Shown: in pieces, positions 9,923 through 20,398 of the stretch | How the letters are laid out: every line of letters starts with the position of its first letter | How positions within the stretch are numbered: the stretch's first letter is position 1 | Origin: a virus | IMG/VR virus record: IMGVR_UViG_3300023174_000118 | Coordinates: 22,844-86,843 of that record | Strand: one strand, 5' to 3' | Length of the DNA: 64,000 nt | The notes under the pieces: generated by a model | What the model was told of the DNA's origin: nothing | Database searches by the model: none | What the model saw: only the letters and a program-made list of their open reading frames with translations | Program-made: the position numbers and the translations under genes

Positions 9923-11817
9923 TATGCCCAATTCACCTCGTATCCGCTCCATGAATTTAATATTGTTGATGCTGCTGCATAATGATTTGCTACTGTTGTA
10001 TTAAATGCACCTCTAGATTTAATTCTATATCGGCCACTTGGTTGATAATTTTTAGCACCCACTACGCCTGCTCCTAAATATTTTAATACATCTGACTCAC
10101 TTGTTACCCAAACTTGAGTTTTTGTATTGTTTTCATTTAAATATTCATATTGAATTGCATCGTATTCAATAATTTCTGAATCAATTACTAAATATCCACT
10201 GTACTCATAAAGAACCTTGGTCTTTGACTGATACGTATTAACAGTAATAGGGGAAAGAGAAATATAACCACCTGCTACAATGTTTGAGGGCAAGTCTTGT
10301 TCTAGAGAAAGTGCACCCATAGATGTGGTGCCAGATTTCCATAGGGGCTGTGAGTTTCCAGTGTACTCTGATGTAGTTACACTATTCCATAGAACCTTTA
10401 CTTGATTTGCTGAAGCTAAATCATTTTTAGATAAAGAAATAATGTTTGAAAGATTTGATCCATCTGCTGCATATCTAAAAGACCAATTTGTTGTCTTAGC
10501 CAAATCAAACATATAGTCTCTTGTGTAAAATTGTAATACATTGTTTTCATCAAATACTGCAGTCATTTGTGAGTCTCTACATAATTCTTGTATTGCATTC
10601 CAAGCTGTCTTTGAATCATCCGTCCACCAAAATCGGGGAGAGAATACAGAAGTGTCTGTAGCGGTTGAATTAAAATTATAATTAGTGAATCCAACCGAAT
10701 CTAGAAGTCTTCTTAATATTGCAATAGCTGAGTATCCTTCACATACAATACTTGGAGCTATAACATCTTGTAATATCTTTGCTCCATCTAATGCTGTAAT
10801 TGATATATCTCCAAATTCAGATGTTGACCAATTGTCTAAGTAAAAAGTTCCTTGATTAATTTTTTCGTATGTACCGACAGAATCTGTAAGTGTACCAAAA
10901 GATCCGTACAATTTAAAATATGGTTTAACTTCTATTTTTTTGTATAAATAAATTTTTGAAGAATCAAAAGTATAAGTTTTATCAAAAGATATAATTTTTC
11001 TTGCTGCTTCATATGATACAAGATTCATAGACAATGAGTTGGCTGAAACTTTTCCAATAGGCAAGATATCCTCAGCACTTGTAGAAGATTCTTTTGAAAT
11101 TGAAATATCTGTAACATAATCACTTACATCTAGAACTAATCTGGGAGAAAATTCAATTACACCAATATATTTACCAGACACTGCTCCTGTAGTCAATCTA
11201 ATAGATGTTATGCTAACTGGACCACCTAATGTTGCTGGCTCTGTAGTTACCCACGCTGTTCCATTATAATAAAGTGTTAATGTTCCAGCATCATATTGTC
11301 CAGAGGCAAATGGCTTTATTTGTGTGTTTGTTCCATTTGCAATAGATGAGCCGTTTGCATATATGTTCCAAGTTGTGGGGGTGGAATGAGATATTTCAAA
11401 TCTTGCTATAATTTTATTAGTCAGCATTGTCTTTGGGTAGGTAATAGTTAAATCTACTCCCACGCCTTTTGCTGCTAGCCAATATTTGTAGTATGTATCT
11501 GCTCCTGGATAATATGTTCTGTAGTTGATTGAATATATGCTTGATCTGGGATCTCTATATGTGCCAGTTCCTACGTCTCCTGTAATTCCATACTTTACTC
11601 CCGCCCCAATTGGCCTAACTGGTTTAATTACAGAGTCTATTGGAAAAAGTTTTTTAAATGGCTTGCTTCCATCGGCTTTTGTTATATCATCACCAGCAAC
11701 AGTTATGTTATCTACCATACTGTTTATATTGTATTCAAACGTACAGCCAGTATTTAATTTTATAGATGTGTTTTGTTCAAGGGCAGTTTTTGCTGAAGTA
11801 GATGCTGATACTGGCAT
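9922..11817 (-). CDS. Minor tail / baseplate hub protein
   Basis: Second gene after the tape measure; GTFYLDNW, ITALDGAK, AVFDENNVLQF hub-type segments. Confidence 0.7.
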   Translation of the reverse strand: MPVSASTSAKTALEQNTSIKLNTGCTFEYNINSMVDNITVAGDDITKADGSKPFKKLFPIDSVIKPVRPIGAGVKYGITGDVGTGTYRDPRSSIYSINYRTYYPGADTYYKYWLAAKGVGVDLTITYPKTMLTNKIIARFEISHSTPTTWNIYANGSSIANGTNTQIKPFASGQYDAGTLTLYYNGTAWVTTEPATLGGPVSITSIRLTTGAVSGKYIGVIEFSPRLVLDVSDYVTDISISKESSTSAEDILPIGKVSANSLSMNLVSYEAARKIISFDKTYTFDSSKIYLYKKIEVKPYFKLYGSFGTLTDSVGTYEKINQGTFYLDNWSTSEFGDISITALDGAKILQDVIAPSIVCEGYSAIAILRRLLDSVGFTNYNFNSTATDTSVFSPRFWWTDDSKTAWNAIQELCRDSQMTAVFDENNVLQFYTRDYMFDLAKTTNWSFRYAADGSNLSNIISLSKNDLASANQVKVLWNSVTTSEYTGNSQPLWKSGTTSMGALSLEQDLPSNIVAGGYISLSPITVNTYQSKTKVLYEYSGYLVIDSEIIEYDAIQYEYLNENNTKTQVWVTSESDVLKYLGAGVVGAKNYQPSGRYRIKSRGAFNTTVANHYAAASTILNSWSGYEVNWA

Positions 11818-12287
11818 TACACTTCATCCATACTTAAAGAAACATTCCAGTGTGGCTGTATACCACGCTTGGCAATTACAAAATTACAATCAGTAAATAT
11901 AACATTATACTCTTCATATCCTGATGACTCTTGAGATACACCATTTTGGGCTATATTAAGTCTAATCTTAAAAGTGCCTTGCCCTTCTTCTCCTAAATAA
12001 AAAGATTTTAGATCTTCGGCTCCCCATGCTCCGTCTACCGTTAAACTTCTATATGATGGAAGCATGCTCCATGATGTTGAAAATTTTCTTTTATCCGCCA
12101 CAAAATTCTTTCGTAGTGTTCCATTTGAGGTTCTAACAACTTTTTCAATTCTTTCAACATTTATGCTAAACTCACTTCTATTATGTTCTGTAACTTTGTT
12201 CCATACCTTTGTAGTTCCAGCGGGAGTTGCAAGAAGATCTTTAGCCTCTATACTAAAAATTGATCCTCTTGGTAATGTCATTGCCAT
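11817..12287 (-). CDS. Distal-tail-like minor tail protein
   Basis: Immediately follows the tape measure; RTSNGTLR...KRKFSTSW and a terminal VSLSMDEV strand. Confidence 0.65.
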   Translation of the reverse strand: MAMTLPRGSIFSIEAKDLLATPAGTTKVWNKVTEHNRSEFSINVERIEKVVRTSNGTLRKNFVADKRKFSTSWSMLPSYRSLTVDGAWGAEDLKSFYLGEEGQGTFKIRLNIAQNGVSQESSGYEEYNVIFTDCNFVIAKRGIQPHWNVSLSMDEV

Positions 12288-15200
12288 TATATTGATCCTC
12301 CAACTGTTCTGCCTATTCCTTCTTTTGCATTAACTAATGCAAGCTCTTGCTTAAATCTTTTTACTACATCATCGGCAGTAACATTAGTTCCATTTAATGC
12401 AATACTAATATTATAACTATTATTGTTGTATGAACTATTTACTCCACCACGCATTCCAGTCACCTGTCCGCTGGCAATATTATATTTAGGCATAGTATCC
12501 GCATTTGGACGTATAATTCCACTCATCTGTGGAGTGAATGGTGTAAATCCTTCTTGTTGATACCCTAGAGGAGTAAGTCTATCATTTACAGCATAGGTTT
12601 GTCCAGCAACTACTGGTCCGCCTAAAGCTTTTTTAACTGCTCTGGATCTCATCCAGCCGTCTTCTCCTCTTTTAACTACGTAAGTTCTATCATCATAAGT
12701 AAAAGTATCGCCTTCTTTTAATTTATATTTATCAATAATGCGTTCTCTTGCTTCATCTGTAAGGTCTCCTTGAGTTGAGCCCTTAGCTGTCTTTTTTAAA
12801 GCGTCAAGATTAAAACCTTTATTAGCTGATAAAACATCTGCGGTTACAAGAGATTTTGTTGCTTTTGCACTTCCACCCATTGCTCGTACAACATCAGTTA
12901 AAGTTGAGCCACCCTTGATACTTTCAGCCATGGCTGCAAAGTTTGCTTTTGCTCCGCCTTGTATTTCTGTAACAAGTTTAGAAAATGCTTGATTGCCTTC
13001 TCCAGCGGCTGTTGGAACAAAAGTGGAACCCTGATAGCTTCCGCCTGCTGCCAGTTTTCCTTTATTTGTTTTTGAATCTACATATTCTGGGAATGCTTTT
13101 TGAACAACATCTGATGCTTTTTCAAGGCCAGCCACAACAGTCTGCAATCTTCCGTCTAATGATTTTTGGCCTTCTGCTTTTTTAACAGGGTCTTTTAAGT
13201 TATTATTTTCAATTTGATCAATTGCTAGTTGCGATAAAGCTGTCTTAACGGCATTAATTTCTGATAACTGTTCTGCAAAAGTTTGTCCAGATTTATTATA
13301 TTTATTAATAGTATCTTGCTGTTTATCTTTTTTAGCTTGATCATCATCAAGAAGTTTTTGTTGTGCAGCTTCTTCTTTTTTAGCATTTGCATCAATTTTA
13401 TCTGATGCTTTTCTTAACTGAGTTTCTTTAGTTAACTGTTCTATAGATAGATTTGCTGCTTCGTAAGCATCTCTATCTCCACGAGCAAGGGCTGATTGTG
13501 CTTCTAACTGAAGCTTCTTTAATTCTAATTCTGTATTTTCTGCGCTTACAGAATCTGATAGAGCTTTCTTTTTTGCATCAGCACGATCTCTAATTGCTTT
13601 AATTTCATCTTGAATTGCTTTTATTTTAGCCTTGTTAAAACCTGCTTCTGTTTTTTCAGCAGACTTTATAGCATTTTGACCATTTTTAATACTTGTTGTT
13701 AATTCATTAGTAGCTTTATTTGCAGTTCCCAAAGCACCTGCAGTATTTTTATTATCTATTGCTGATGCTGCCGCCATGCTTAATGCTTCTTCATATGCAG
13801 CAATTCCCATTGCCTGCTCTGATGTTATATTTCTTAAATCAATATTAACCCCAGCAAGAACAACACGCCATTTAGCATATACTCCAGCAATAGTATCTGA
13901 GCTTTTAAGTATGCCTGCAAGCTCTGGTCTTTCTTTTTTCAAATGTTCTAGTCCTTTTTCCCCAATTTTTTCTCTATCTGCGCCTAACGATTTTAATTTT
14001 TCAAATTGAGTAATAAGTGCATCTGCTTGTGTTATTGTTTTTCCTTGTGCATCTTTTGTTCCTATTAAAGCAGTTGCTGCAGAATCAAGACTAGATATAA
14101 CTGTATCTATGTTTGAAGCAAAAGCTTTAGAATCTACCTTATCAATTTCTTTAAGGCTACCTAATAGTGTATTAATTATTGATGTTGCAGCAGAACCTCT
14201 ATCTGTAATTGCTTTAAATCCTGATGATGCAATAGCACCAAATCCCTGACCAACTTTATTTGATGCTTCTATAATTGCATAAATTTTATTTGTTGCATCT
14301 TGTGCACTCATTCCAGCGGCAACAAATTGTGCCTTTAAGTTAACTGCAAGATCGGTAACCTTAGAAGAATCAATACTATTAAATGTTCCTACTAATTCTG
14401 GCATTGTTTCTTTTGCTGTTTTCTTTAATTCTTTTAATTGAGCAATTGTTAGTGTAAGTCCACCTACTCCTGAAGGAGTCATTGAATCATATGCAGAAAG
14501 CCCAGCTTCTTTTTGAAGTTTTAATTGATCTCTAACGTCTTTAATAGAGTTTCCAATATTCTTATAACCTATACCTGCTTCTTTAGCACCCTTTTCGGTA
14601 ATACCATTAAGCATAATATGCTCTCTGCGTGTGTCTTCAAGTGATTTTTGCCACATCTTGACGCCTTTGTACAAAAGTAACAATGTAGTAATTGCAGCGG
14701 CACCTGGAAGCATTCTTGTTAATAGACCTGCTGCTTTTCCAGCAAGACCTAATCCATGTGTAAATAATCCAACACTCTTGTCTGCTCTACTAATTAATGG
14801 TATAATTTTTTGAAATGGCAACATTGGAAGAATAGTTGAAGCAGCAGTAATTGCAGTTCCTACTCCTCCACCAATACTTTGTCCTAACATTGATCCGCCC
14901 ATCATTATTCCCATTTGAGTTCCCATGCCAAGGCCGCCGCCTTCTGGTCTGCTCATAAGACCTTTACCCAAATAACCTTTATCAGTCTGAGATTGAAATC
15001 CTGCTCTAAATCCTACTGGGCCACCACCTTCATTAAAGTATTGAACCATTCCACCTTTATTGTATCCTGGCACCATTCCACCATTTGCCATATAAACTGG
15101 TCCGCCATTTGCAAATCTTCTTCTTTGAGCAGCCCAACCTTTATGAACAAATCTTGATTCTGTAGCAGTAATACCAGCAGTCATTAATCTTTTTAAAAGA

Positions 15201-18200
15201 GGAGCTGGAGTTGTTGCATGTGCAAAAAATCCTTGCGAACGTGTTGCCTTTAATGGATCAAGTTCTATTGTTTTACCATTATGAGAAATTGATCGTAACT
15301 CCATACTAGGGCTACGCATCATATCGCCATTGCTTCTTCTATTTTCTGAAACTATATAAGCTGGCTCAGATGAAAATTTATTCCAAAAACCTAAAGCGTC
15401 TGGGTTATTGTATAAATGTTTTTGTATTACCATATCTGATGCCTGATGATATGGATTTCTTGCGTCTGTTACAGTTGCAAGATTTCTAATTCCTCTTCTA
15501 TAAATAGTGTCAATTTCTTTTTGTAAACCTTCAGCATCTTTTCCAGTAATAATTCCAGCTTTTGCTAAAGAGTTTAAAAACTGATCTGTTGATCCTACGT
15601 GTGGGTGTCCTGATGCTTTCATTGCAGCTTCATAAACTGGCGTTGGAACACCTGGTCTTCCAGCCAACAAAGCATTCAGCTTTTCTCTTGATATACGCCC
15701 ATTCTCAACAAGATGTGGGTATTTTGCTAAGATTGCAGGATCTGTAACATCATTTAAATATACTCCCGCTGTTCCTCTTAATCTGTATGAACCAATACTT
15801 CCTCTTCCTCTAAACCTATCTGGAAAAGTTGTTTGCATCTCTTGTTGTGTAACACCAGTTAATCTAGGAACAGTTACATCTTCATTTGCTCCCATTAAGG
15901 TTGCACCGCCATTTATTGCTTTAAGAAGAGGCATATTTTGTTTTGCAGCATCTGCATTAACAACAAACTCTCCTTCTGTAAGCATTGCGGGAACTGTATC
16001 TGTACCCATTGGCGTAAACTCTGGGCCGTCACTTCCTTGTTGTCTATATACAACTCCACCTGTTGCAAATCTTTTTGGAATTGTTGTCTCTGTGCTATAT
16101 CCAGCGCCAAATGTTTTTACGCCTAGACCTCTTGCAATTTTATTAAGAAGATCTCTTGTTCTTCCTGGACGAAGAAGTTCTTTCATATTAGATTTTCCAG
16201 CATTATTTACTACTGGTTGATTTAATAGAGGAACTGTTGTTAGACCAATTGATCTTCCTTGTTGCCCCGCAATGTCTACTGATGCTTGTGCAATCATAGA
16301 TTCTACTTGTGCATTTAATTGAATAATTTTAACTCTTGCCTGATCTACTGTTATTTTTCCTGCCTGTAATTGTGCAACAATTGCTGCTGATTCAACTGCC
16401 GCATTTGCTGTAAGCTTAGTCATTGTTGGAAGTAATGCTTGATATGAATCAGATAGCGATGCTGTTATTAATCCAGTGCTGGCAACTTCTTTTTTAAGTA
16501 ATGCAATTTCTGCTTGTGATTGCATTGCAAGTGCGCCTGTCATTGCATGCCACTTTGCTGCTTCTGCCGCAACAATACCTGTTGATGCTCCGTTTACTGA
16601 AGTCAACCCTGGAATCTTTGGAAGATCATCAGCCATATACATCTGAGGATTATTTCCAATCTTTTGATTGACTTTTGGTGCACCTGGAACTACTCCAAAA
16701 ATTGTTTGTGCGGCTTTTTGATCACTTGTCATACCTGCAACTGGATTAAGATGAGACATTGATCTAGTGTCTTGTGGACTGATTAATGGGTGGCTTGGAT
16801 TAACAACTCTTTCTCCACTGCCCTTAACAATATTTCCAGCCACCGTTGAAATTGCTGGTGCAACAGATACTGCACCTGTCATTGCTTTAGACTGTAAGAT
16901 TTCAAATTCTGTTACAAGTCCTGCAATTGCCGTCTTTAATACTGTGGCTGCTTTAGCATCACTATAAAATGTTGCTTCAACTAATGATCCAGCTTTTTGT
17001 GCCGCCAAAATTTCTGGAGTAAGCATTTTCCAGCCTTCTCCACCTTTAAATAATGATTTAAAGTGTGAGGCGCCCTTAATAATATATCCAAAGAAGTTTG
17101 CAAGCACACCAGTTAGCATAATAACTGGTCCAATAATTGCTGTTAAGCCTGTAACAAAAGTTAGAATAGTTTTAATAGGAGCTGGCAATTTATTAATAAA
17201 CTTAAGAATACCATCAGTAACATTAATAAAAAATGTTTGTACTTTTAAAAATTCTTCTCCCATACTTGCTAAATCTGCTTTTAGTCCTTCAAGAGCTCTT
17301 CTATATTTTCCAGATGCTGATTCTGTAACCATACTTAATTCTCGACCCGCCACACCAGCTAATTCTGCTGAACTTGCTTTCATTAAATCTAATACTTGTA
17401 AAGTCTGACTTCCTTGCTTACCTAAGTTTGCAAATAAAGCATTCATACGAGCAAATTGAAATTTACCAAATAGTTGCTCAATTGCTTGTTGTTTTTGTAA
17501 TGGATCTAAATTATCTAAAGCTTTTTGTAATTCTAATATTGTTCCTGTAAGATTTCCTGCATTTTTAGTTACAATTCCACCAAGATCAATGCCCATAGAT
17601 GCAAACTTTTCTGATGCTACTTTTGTTGGATTAATTAATGAAGCAAGTGCTGATTTAAGAGCATTTGCTCCTTCTGCAGCATTTACTCCACCTTCTTTCA
17701 TTGCTGTTAAATATAATGCTAAATCTTTTACACTTCCGCCCATGCCTTGAATAACTGGGCCTGCTTTTGGAATTGCTTCAATAAGATCAGCAAGACTTGT
17801 TGATGTCTGGTTTTCAACTGCGTTAAGAAAGTTAATAGATTCTGAAAGTTGATCTGTATTTTGTTTAAATGTGTTTTGAATTGCCAGGGTTGCTTTCATT
17901 GCATCTTGTCTGTCAACTTCTCCAAGTACTGCAAGTCTACTTGTTTCTTTAACAGAATTTAGTAAATCGTTACCTTGCTTACCTGTTGCTGCAATATCTG
18001 CAGCAAGAGTGATGGTATCTTTAAAAGATACGCCATACGTTTTTGAAATATCTTTTGCTGTTGCAGAAACTTCATTTCTAACTTTGCTTAATTCTGTTGC
18101 TGATGTTGCTGCAATTCCACCATAAACTTTTGTAAGTCTTGTTAATTCAGCATCTGCTTCTCTAAAAGCTTTTGATGCTGCTGTACCAAAAGCTGCTAAT

Positions 18201-18778
18201 GGGACTGTAAGACCTACTGTTAGTTGACGTCCTGCCCACTGAGTATTTTTACCCCAGTTAATCATTTGAACTCCACCATCTTGAATAACTTTATTCATGA
18301 TCTGAAGTTCTTGTTTAGCAAGAGCAGTTTTATTTTTTATAGAATCAAGACCCTGTGGAATATGTACGCTATATTGCATAAGACCTTGAGCATTTTTGCC
18401 CATAGGCTGTATAATTGCATTTTGTAAAGCCACTTGCTGTTTAGCAAGTTCTCTAATTAATCCACCTTGAGTTTTTGTATGCTGTTGAAATGTCTGAAAA
18501 TATTGCTTCAGTTTCATTTGGCCCTTGTCTAGGTTGGTACCAAACTTTTCAACATCCGATGTTAAAGTAACAAAGTGTGTTGCAAACTGTCCAGTTCTTC
18601 TTAGGTTTTCGCCAAAAGATCTGTTCATCGTAGCAACTTGACTTGCAAGTCTTGCGTCCGATTGAATTATTTGTGCTTGAAGTTTTGATAGAGAGGCTGC
18701 AACCTTATTGACATCTGCAATAAGACCTGAGAAATCTGCATTAGCAACTATATTAGTTACAATATTTTCATCAGCCAT
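12287..18778 (-). CDS. Tape measure protein (TP901-like core)
   Basis: 2163 aa, Ala/Gly-rich helical; LTVGLTVPL, AAEGANALKS, GTDTVPAMLTEGEFVV; follows the tail chaperones. Confidence 0.95.
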   Translation of the reverse strand: MADENIVTNIVANADFSGLIADVNKVAASLSKLQAQIIQSDARLASQVATMNRSFGENLRRTGQFATHFVTLTSDVEKFGTNLDKGQMKLKQYFQTFQQHTKTQGGLIRELAKQQVALQNAIIQPMGKNAQGLMQYSVHIPQGLDSIKNKTALAKQELQIMNKVIQDGGVQMINWGKNTQWAGRQLTVGLTVPLAAFGTAASKAFREADAELTRLTKVYGGIAATSATELSKVRNEVSATAKDISKTYGVSFKDTITLAADIAATGKQGNDLLNSVKETSRLAVLGEVDRQDAMKATLAIQNTFKQNTDQLSESINFLNAVENQTSTSLADLIEAIPKAGPVIQGMGGSVKDLALYLTAMKEGGVNAAEGANALKSALASLINPTKVASEKFASMGIDLGGIVTKNAGNLTGTILELQKALDNLDPLQKQQAIEQLFGKFQFARMNALFANLGKQGSQTLQVLDLMKASSAELAGVAGRELSMVTESASGKYRRALEGLKADLASMGEEFLKVQTFFINVTDGILKFINKLPAPIKTILTFVTGLTAIIGPVIMLTGVLANFFGYIIKGASHFKSLFKGGEGWKMLTPEILAAQKAGSLVEATFYSDAKAATVLKTAIAGLVTEFEILQSKAMTGAVSVAPAISTVAGNIVKGSGERVVNPSHPLISPQDTRSMSHLNPVAGMTSDQKAAQTIFGVVPGAPKVNQKIGNNPQMYMADDLPKIPGLTSVNGASTGIVAAEAAKWHAMTGALAMQSQAEIALLKKEVASTGLITASLSDSYQALLPTMTKLTANAAVESAAIVAQLQAGKITVDQARVKIIQLNAQVESMIAQASVDIAGQQGRSIGLTTVPLLNQPVVNNAGKSNMKELLRPGRTRDLLNKIARGLGVKTFGAGYSTETTIPKRFATGGVVYRQQGSDGPEFTPMGTDTVPAMLTEGEFVVNADAAKQNMPLLKAINGGATLMGANEDVTVPRLTGVTQQEMQTTFPDRFRGRGSIGSYRLRGTAGVYLNDVTDPAILAKYPHLVENGRISREKLNALLAGRPGVPTPVYEAAMKASGHPHVGSTDQFLNSLAKAGIITGKDAEGLQKEIDTIYRRGIRNLATVTDARNPYHQASDMVIQKHLYNNPDALGFWNKFSSEPAYIVSENRRSNGDMMRSPSMELRSISHNGKTIELDPLKATRSQGFFAHATTPAPLLKRLMTAGITATESRFVHKGWAAQRRRFANGGPVYMANGGMVPGYNKGGMVQYFNEGGGPVGFRAGFQSQTDKGYLGKGLMSRPEGGGLGMGTQMGIMMGGSMLGQSIGGGVGTAITAASTILPMLPFQKIIPLISRADKSVGLFTHGLGLAGKAAGLLTRMLPGAAAITTLLLLYKGVKMWQKSLEDTRREHIMLNGITEKGAKEAGIGYKNIGNSIKDVRDQLKLQKEAGLSAYDSMTPSGVGGLTLTIAQLKELKKTAKETMPELVGTFNSIDSSKVTDLAVNLKAQFVAAGMSAQDATNKIYAIIEASNKVGQGFGAIASSGFKAITDRGSAATSIINTLLGSLKEIDKVDSKAFASNIDTVISSLDSAATALIGTKDAQGKTITQADALITQFEKLKSLGADREKIGEKGLEHLKKERPELAGILKSSDTIAGVYAKWRVVLAGVNIDLRNITSEQAMGIAAYEEALSMAAASAIDNKNTAGALGTANKATNELTTSIKNGQNAIKSAEKTEAGFNKAKIKAIQDEIKAIRDRADAKKKALSDSVSAENTELELKKLQLEAQSALARGDRDAYEAANLSIEQLTKETQLRKASDKIDANAKKEEAAQQKLLDDDQAKKDKQQDTINKYNKSGQTFAEQLSEINAVKTALSQLAIDQIENNNLKDPVKKAEGQKSLDGRLQTVVAGLEKASDVVQKAFPEYVDSKTNKGKLAAGGSYQGSTFVPTAAGEGNQAFSKLVTEIQGGAKANFAAMAESIKGGSTLTDVVRAMGGSAKATKSLVTADVLSANKGFNLDALKKTAKGSTQGDLTDEARERIIDKYKLKEGDTFTYDDRTYVVKRGEDGWMRSRAVKKALGGPVVAGQTYAVNDRLTPLGYQQEGFTPFTPQMSGIIRPNADTMPKYNIASGQVTGMRGGVNSSYNNNSYNISIALNGTNVTADDVVKRFKQELALVNAKEGIGRTVGGSI

Positions 18779-18789
18779 TTATCTTTATG

Positions 18790-19167
18790 TTACTCCTCTG
18801 TATAGCCTAGACCTGCTCCAATTCCAAACCCTGCTTGTGCTGCAAAGCTTCCCTGAAGAGAAACTATATCATCACCTGAAGCTTTTATACCAAGAGCTTG
18901 TCTCTGTACATCTTCAAAAGTTTTTCCTTGTGGTGCTGCGTCTTCCTCATCTACATCTAAATCTATTCCTTTAAGACTTGCCGTAAACTTTCTGTCTTCC
19001 GACTTTTGTTTCTTAAAAGATTTCAATGTTTGAATAAGTTCTGGCATTGAAAGACTTTCTTCTAGTTCTTCGTAATTCTTCCAGTGACCCAGAAGAAATA
19101 CTTCACCCTCTAAAGCGGCTAAATCTAGTTCTGACCAGCCAGAACCGCTGCCGCTAGAAGGTTTGGG
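18790..19167 (-). CDS. Tail assembly chaperone, -1 frameshift extension (gpGT-like)
   Basis: The -1 frame is open from the slippery site (KPSSGSGSGWSELDLAALEGEVFLLGHWKNYEELEESLSMPEL...) to the stop at 18790. Confidence 0.8.
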   Translation of the reverse strand, partial: PKPSSGSGSGWSELDLAALEGEVFLLGHWKNYEELEESLSMPELIQTLKSFKKQKSEDRKFTASLKGIDLDVDEEDAAPQGKTFEDVQRQALGIKASGDDIVSLQGSFAAQAGFGIGAGLGYTEE

Positions 19168-19457
19168 TCGTCCATCTTAATCCCACCACATACTTCAAGT
19201 ATGCGATTAATTGTGGGGACGTCAAGTGCATCTTCTAGTGCATCTCTATCTGCTACCAATTCTGGTAGTTGTTTTTCAAGTGCTACTGCAACTGCGTCAA
19301 TTAATACGTTGAGTGTTTGCGCCTCTGTAGTTGAATCGCTTGCTGCTTGTAGTACGAGCATAAACTTTCTTAGCTCTTTGATGCTTAGGGGCTTCAACTT
19401 AACTGTTGAGCCATTCTGAAGCGTTACTTCTTCTACGCTATATACTGTTGTTGCCAA
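19125..19457 (-). CDS. Tail assembly chaperone (gpG-like)
   Basis: TTG start at 19457 after SD AGGAGG; lies between the major tail and tape measure genes. Confidence 0.85.
   Translation of the reverse strand: MATTVYSVEEVTLQNGSTVKLKPLSIKELRKFMLVLQAASDSTTEAQTLNVLIDAVAVALEKQLPELVADRDALEDALDVPTINRILEVCGGIKMDDPNLLAAAVLAGQN
19161..19167 (-). other. Programmed -1 ribosomal frameshift site C CCA AAC
   Basis: X XXY YYZ heptamer in the correct phase near the chaperone 3' end. Confidence 0.8.
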
Positions 19458-19519
19458 TTTAATCCTCCTAGGATCTAGTCTCAATTATTATAACATATAG
19501 GCATTATCTATACAAATGG

Positions 19520-19543
19520 AAAGCCCCCAGTTTCCTGGGGGCT
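19520..19543 (-). terminator. Intrinsic terminator after the major tail gene
   Basis: AGCCCCCAG-N4-CTGGGGGCT followed by a short T-run. Confidence 0.7.
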
Positions 19544-19564
19544 CTCATTAATAAATTAAATTTA

Positions 19565-20281
19565 TTATGATGATACTGTTAGTACACGGTCAATAATCTT
19601 ACCGTATTCTGAGCCAGAGTAGTTAGCATCTGGGAGAAGACGGAAAGTCACTGGGAATGTAGTTGGAGTAGTACGTGCAAGAGAGTGCTGTGACTGTTGT
19701 ACAGACAAAACACGACGTGCATAATATATACGCTCTGCGGTTGCTGTAGTGCCAGCTGTTGGAGCTTGTCCAATTGCAATTAATTGACGCTCTGTTGGAG
19801 CTTGTCCCAAAGAACCTGCTTCAATTTTAATTGTATCAACCTTGCTTGTTCCAGTACCTGTTGTTGATAGTGATGTTGCAGATTGTCCGAATACGGTTAC
19901 AATGTTTTCTAAAGTACCTTCTGACATTTCTGTTGCAATCATAACTTCCATTGCAGACTTGAACAGCTTAGCTGTATCAAGTAGCTGATCAACAGTTACT
20001 GAGTCGTATGTTGGGTTATATGTAATCTGAAGACCGTTGTTAGTAAAACCAACGTTACGATATCCAAATAATCCTGATGTTTGATCTACACCATTAAGTG
20101 TAGTTGTGTATGAAACTCCAGTTGAAAAAGCTGGAACTGCTACGTTTTTTGCGCTGGAAGCAAGGCCTGCGCCTGGCTCAACATTTGAGATGTAATCTGA
20201 ATCATTAATGTCAACGTTCGACAAAAACAATGGAGATGCACCAACTAAAATGTTTTTAGCATTACCTACGGATTGTGCCAT
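19565..20281 (-). CDS. Major tail tube protein
   Basis: NILVGA, VGFTNNGLQITYNP, VDQLLD, FPVTFRLLP; strong SD AGGAGG; own terminator. Confidence 0.9.
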   Translation of the reverse strand: MAQSVGNAKNILVGASPLFLSNVDINDSDYISNVEPGAGLASSAKNVAVPAFSTGVSYTTTLNGVDQTSGLFGYRNVGFTNNGLQITYNPTYDSVTVDQLLDTAKLFKSAMEVMIATEMSEGTLENIVTVFGQSATSLSTTGTGTSKVDTIKIEAGSLGQAPTERQLIAIGQAPTAGTTATAERIYYARRVLSVQQSQHSLARTTPTTFPVTFRLLPDANYSGSEYGKIIDRVLTVSS

Positions 20282-20367
20282 AGTTATTTTCCTCCTATTT
20301 ATAAAAATATATATATATTGTTGTAAATCATTAAATCTTGGCTGGCTAGGCCCTTCCCTCTATGTAT

Positions 20368-20397
20368 AATAATAGAGTATAATGCCCCCAAAGGCAA
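20368..20397 (-). promoter_or_regulatory. Promoter for the major tail gene
   Basis: TTGCCT-17 nt-TATTAT; the same TTGCCT-17-TAAAAT arrangement lies upstream of the protease gene. Confidence 0.5.
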
Positions 20398-20398
20398 A

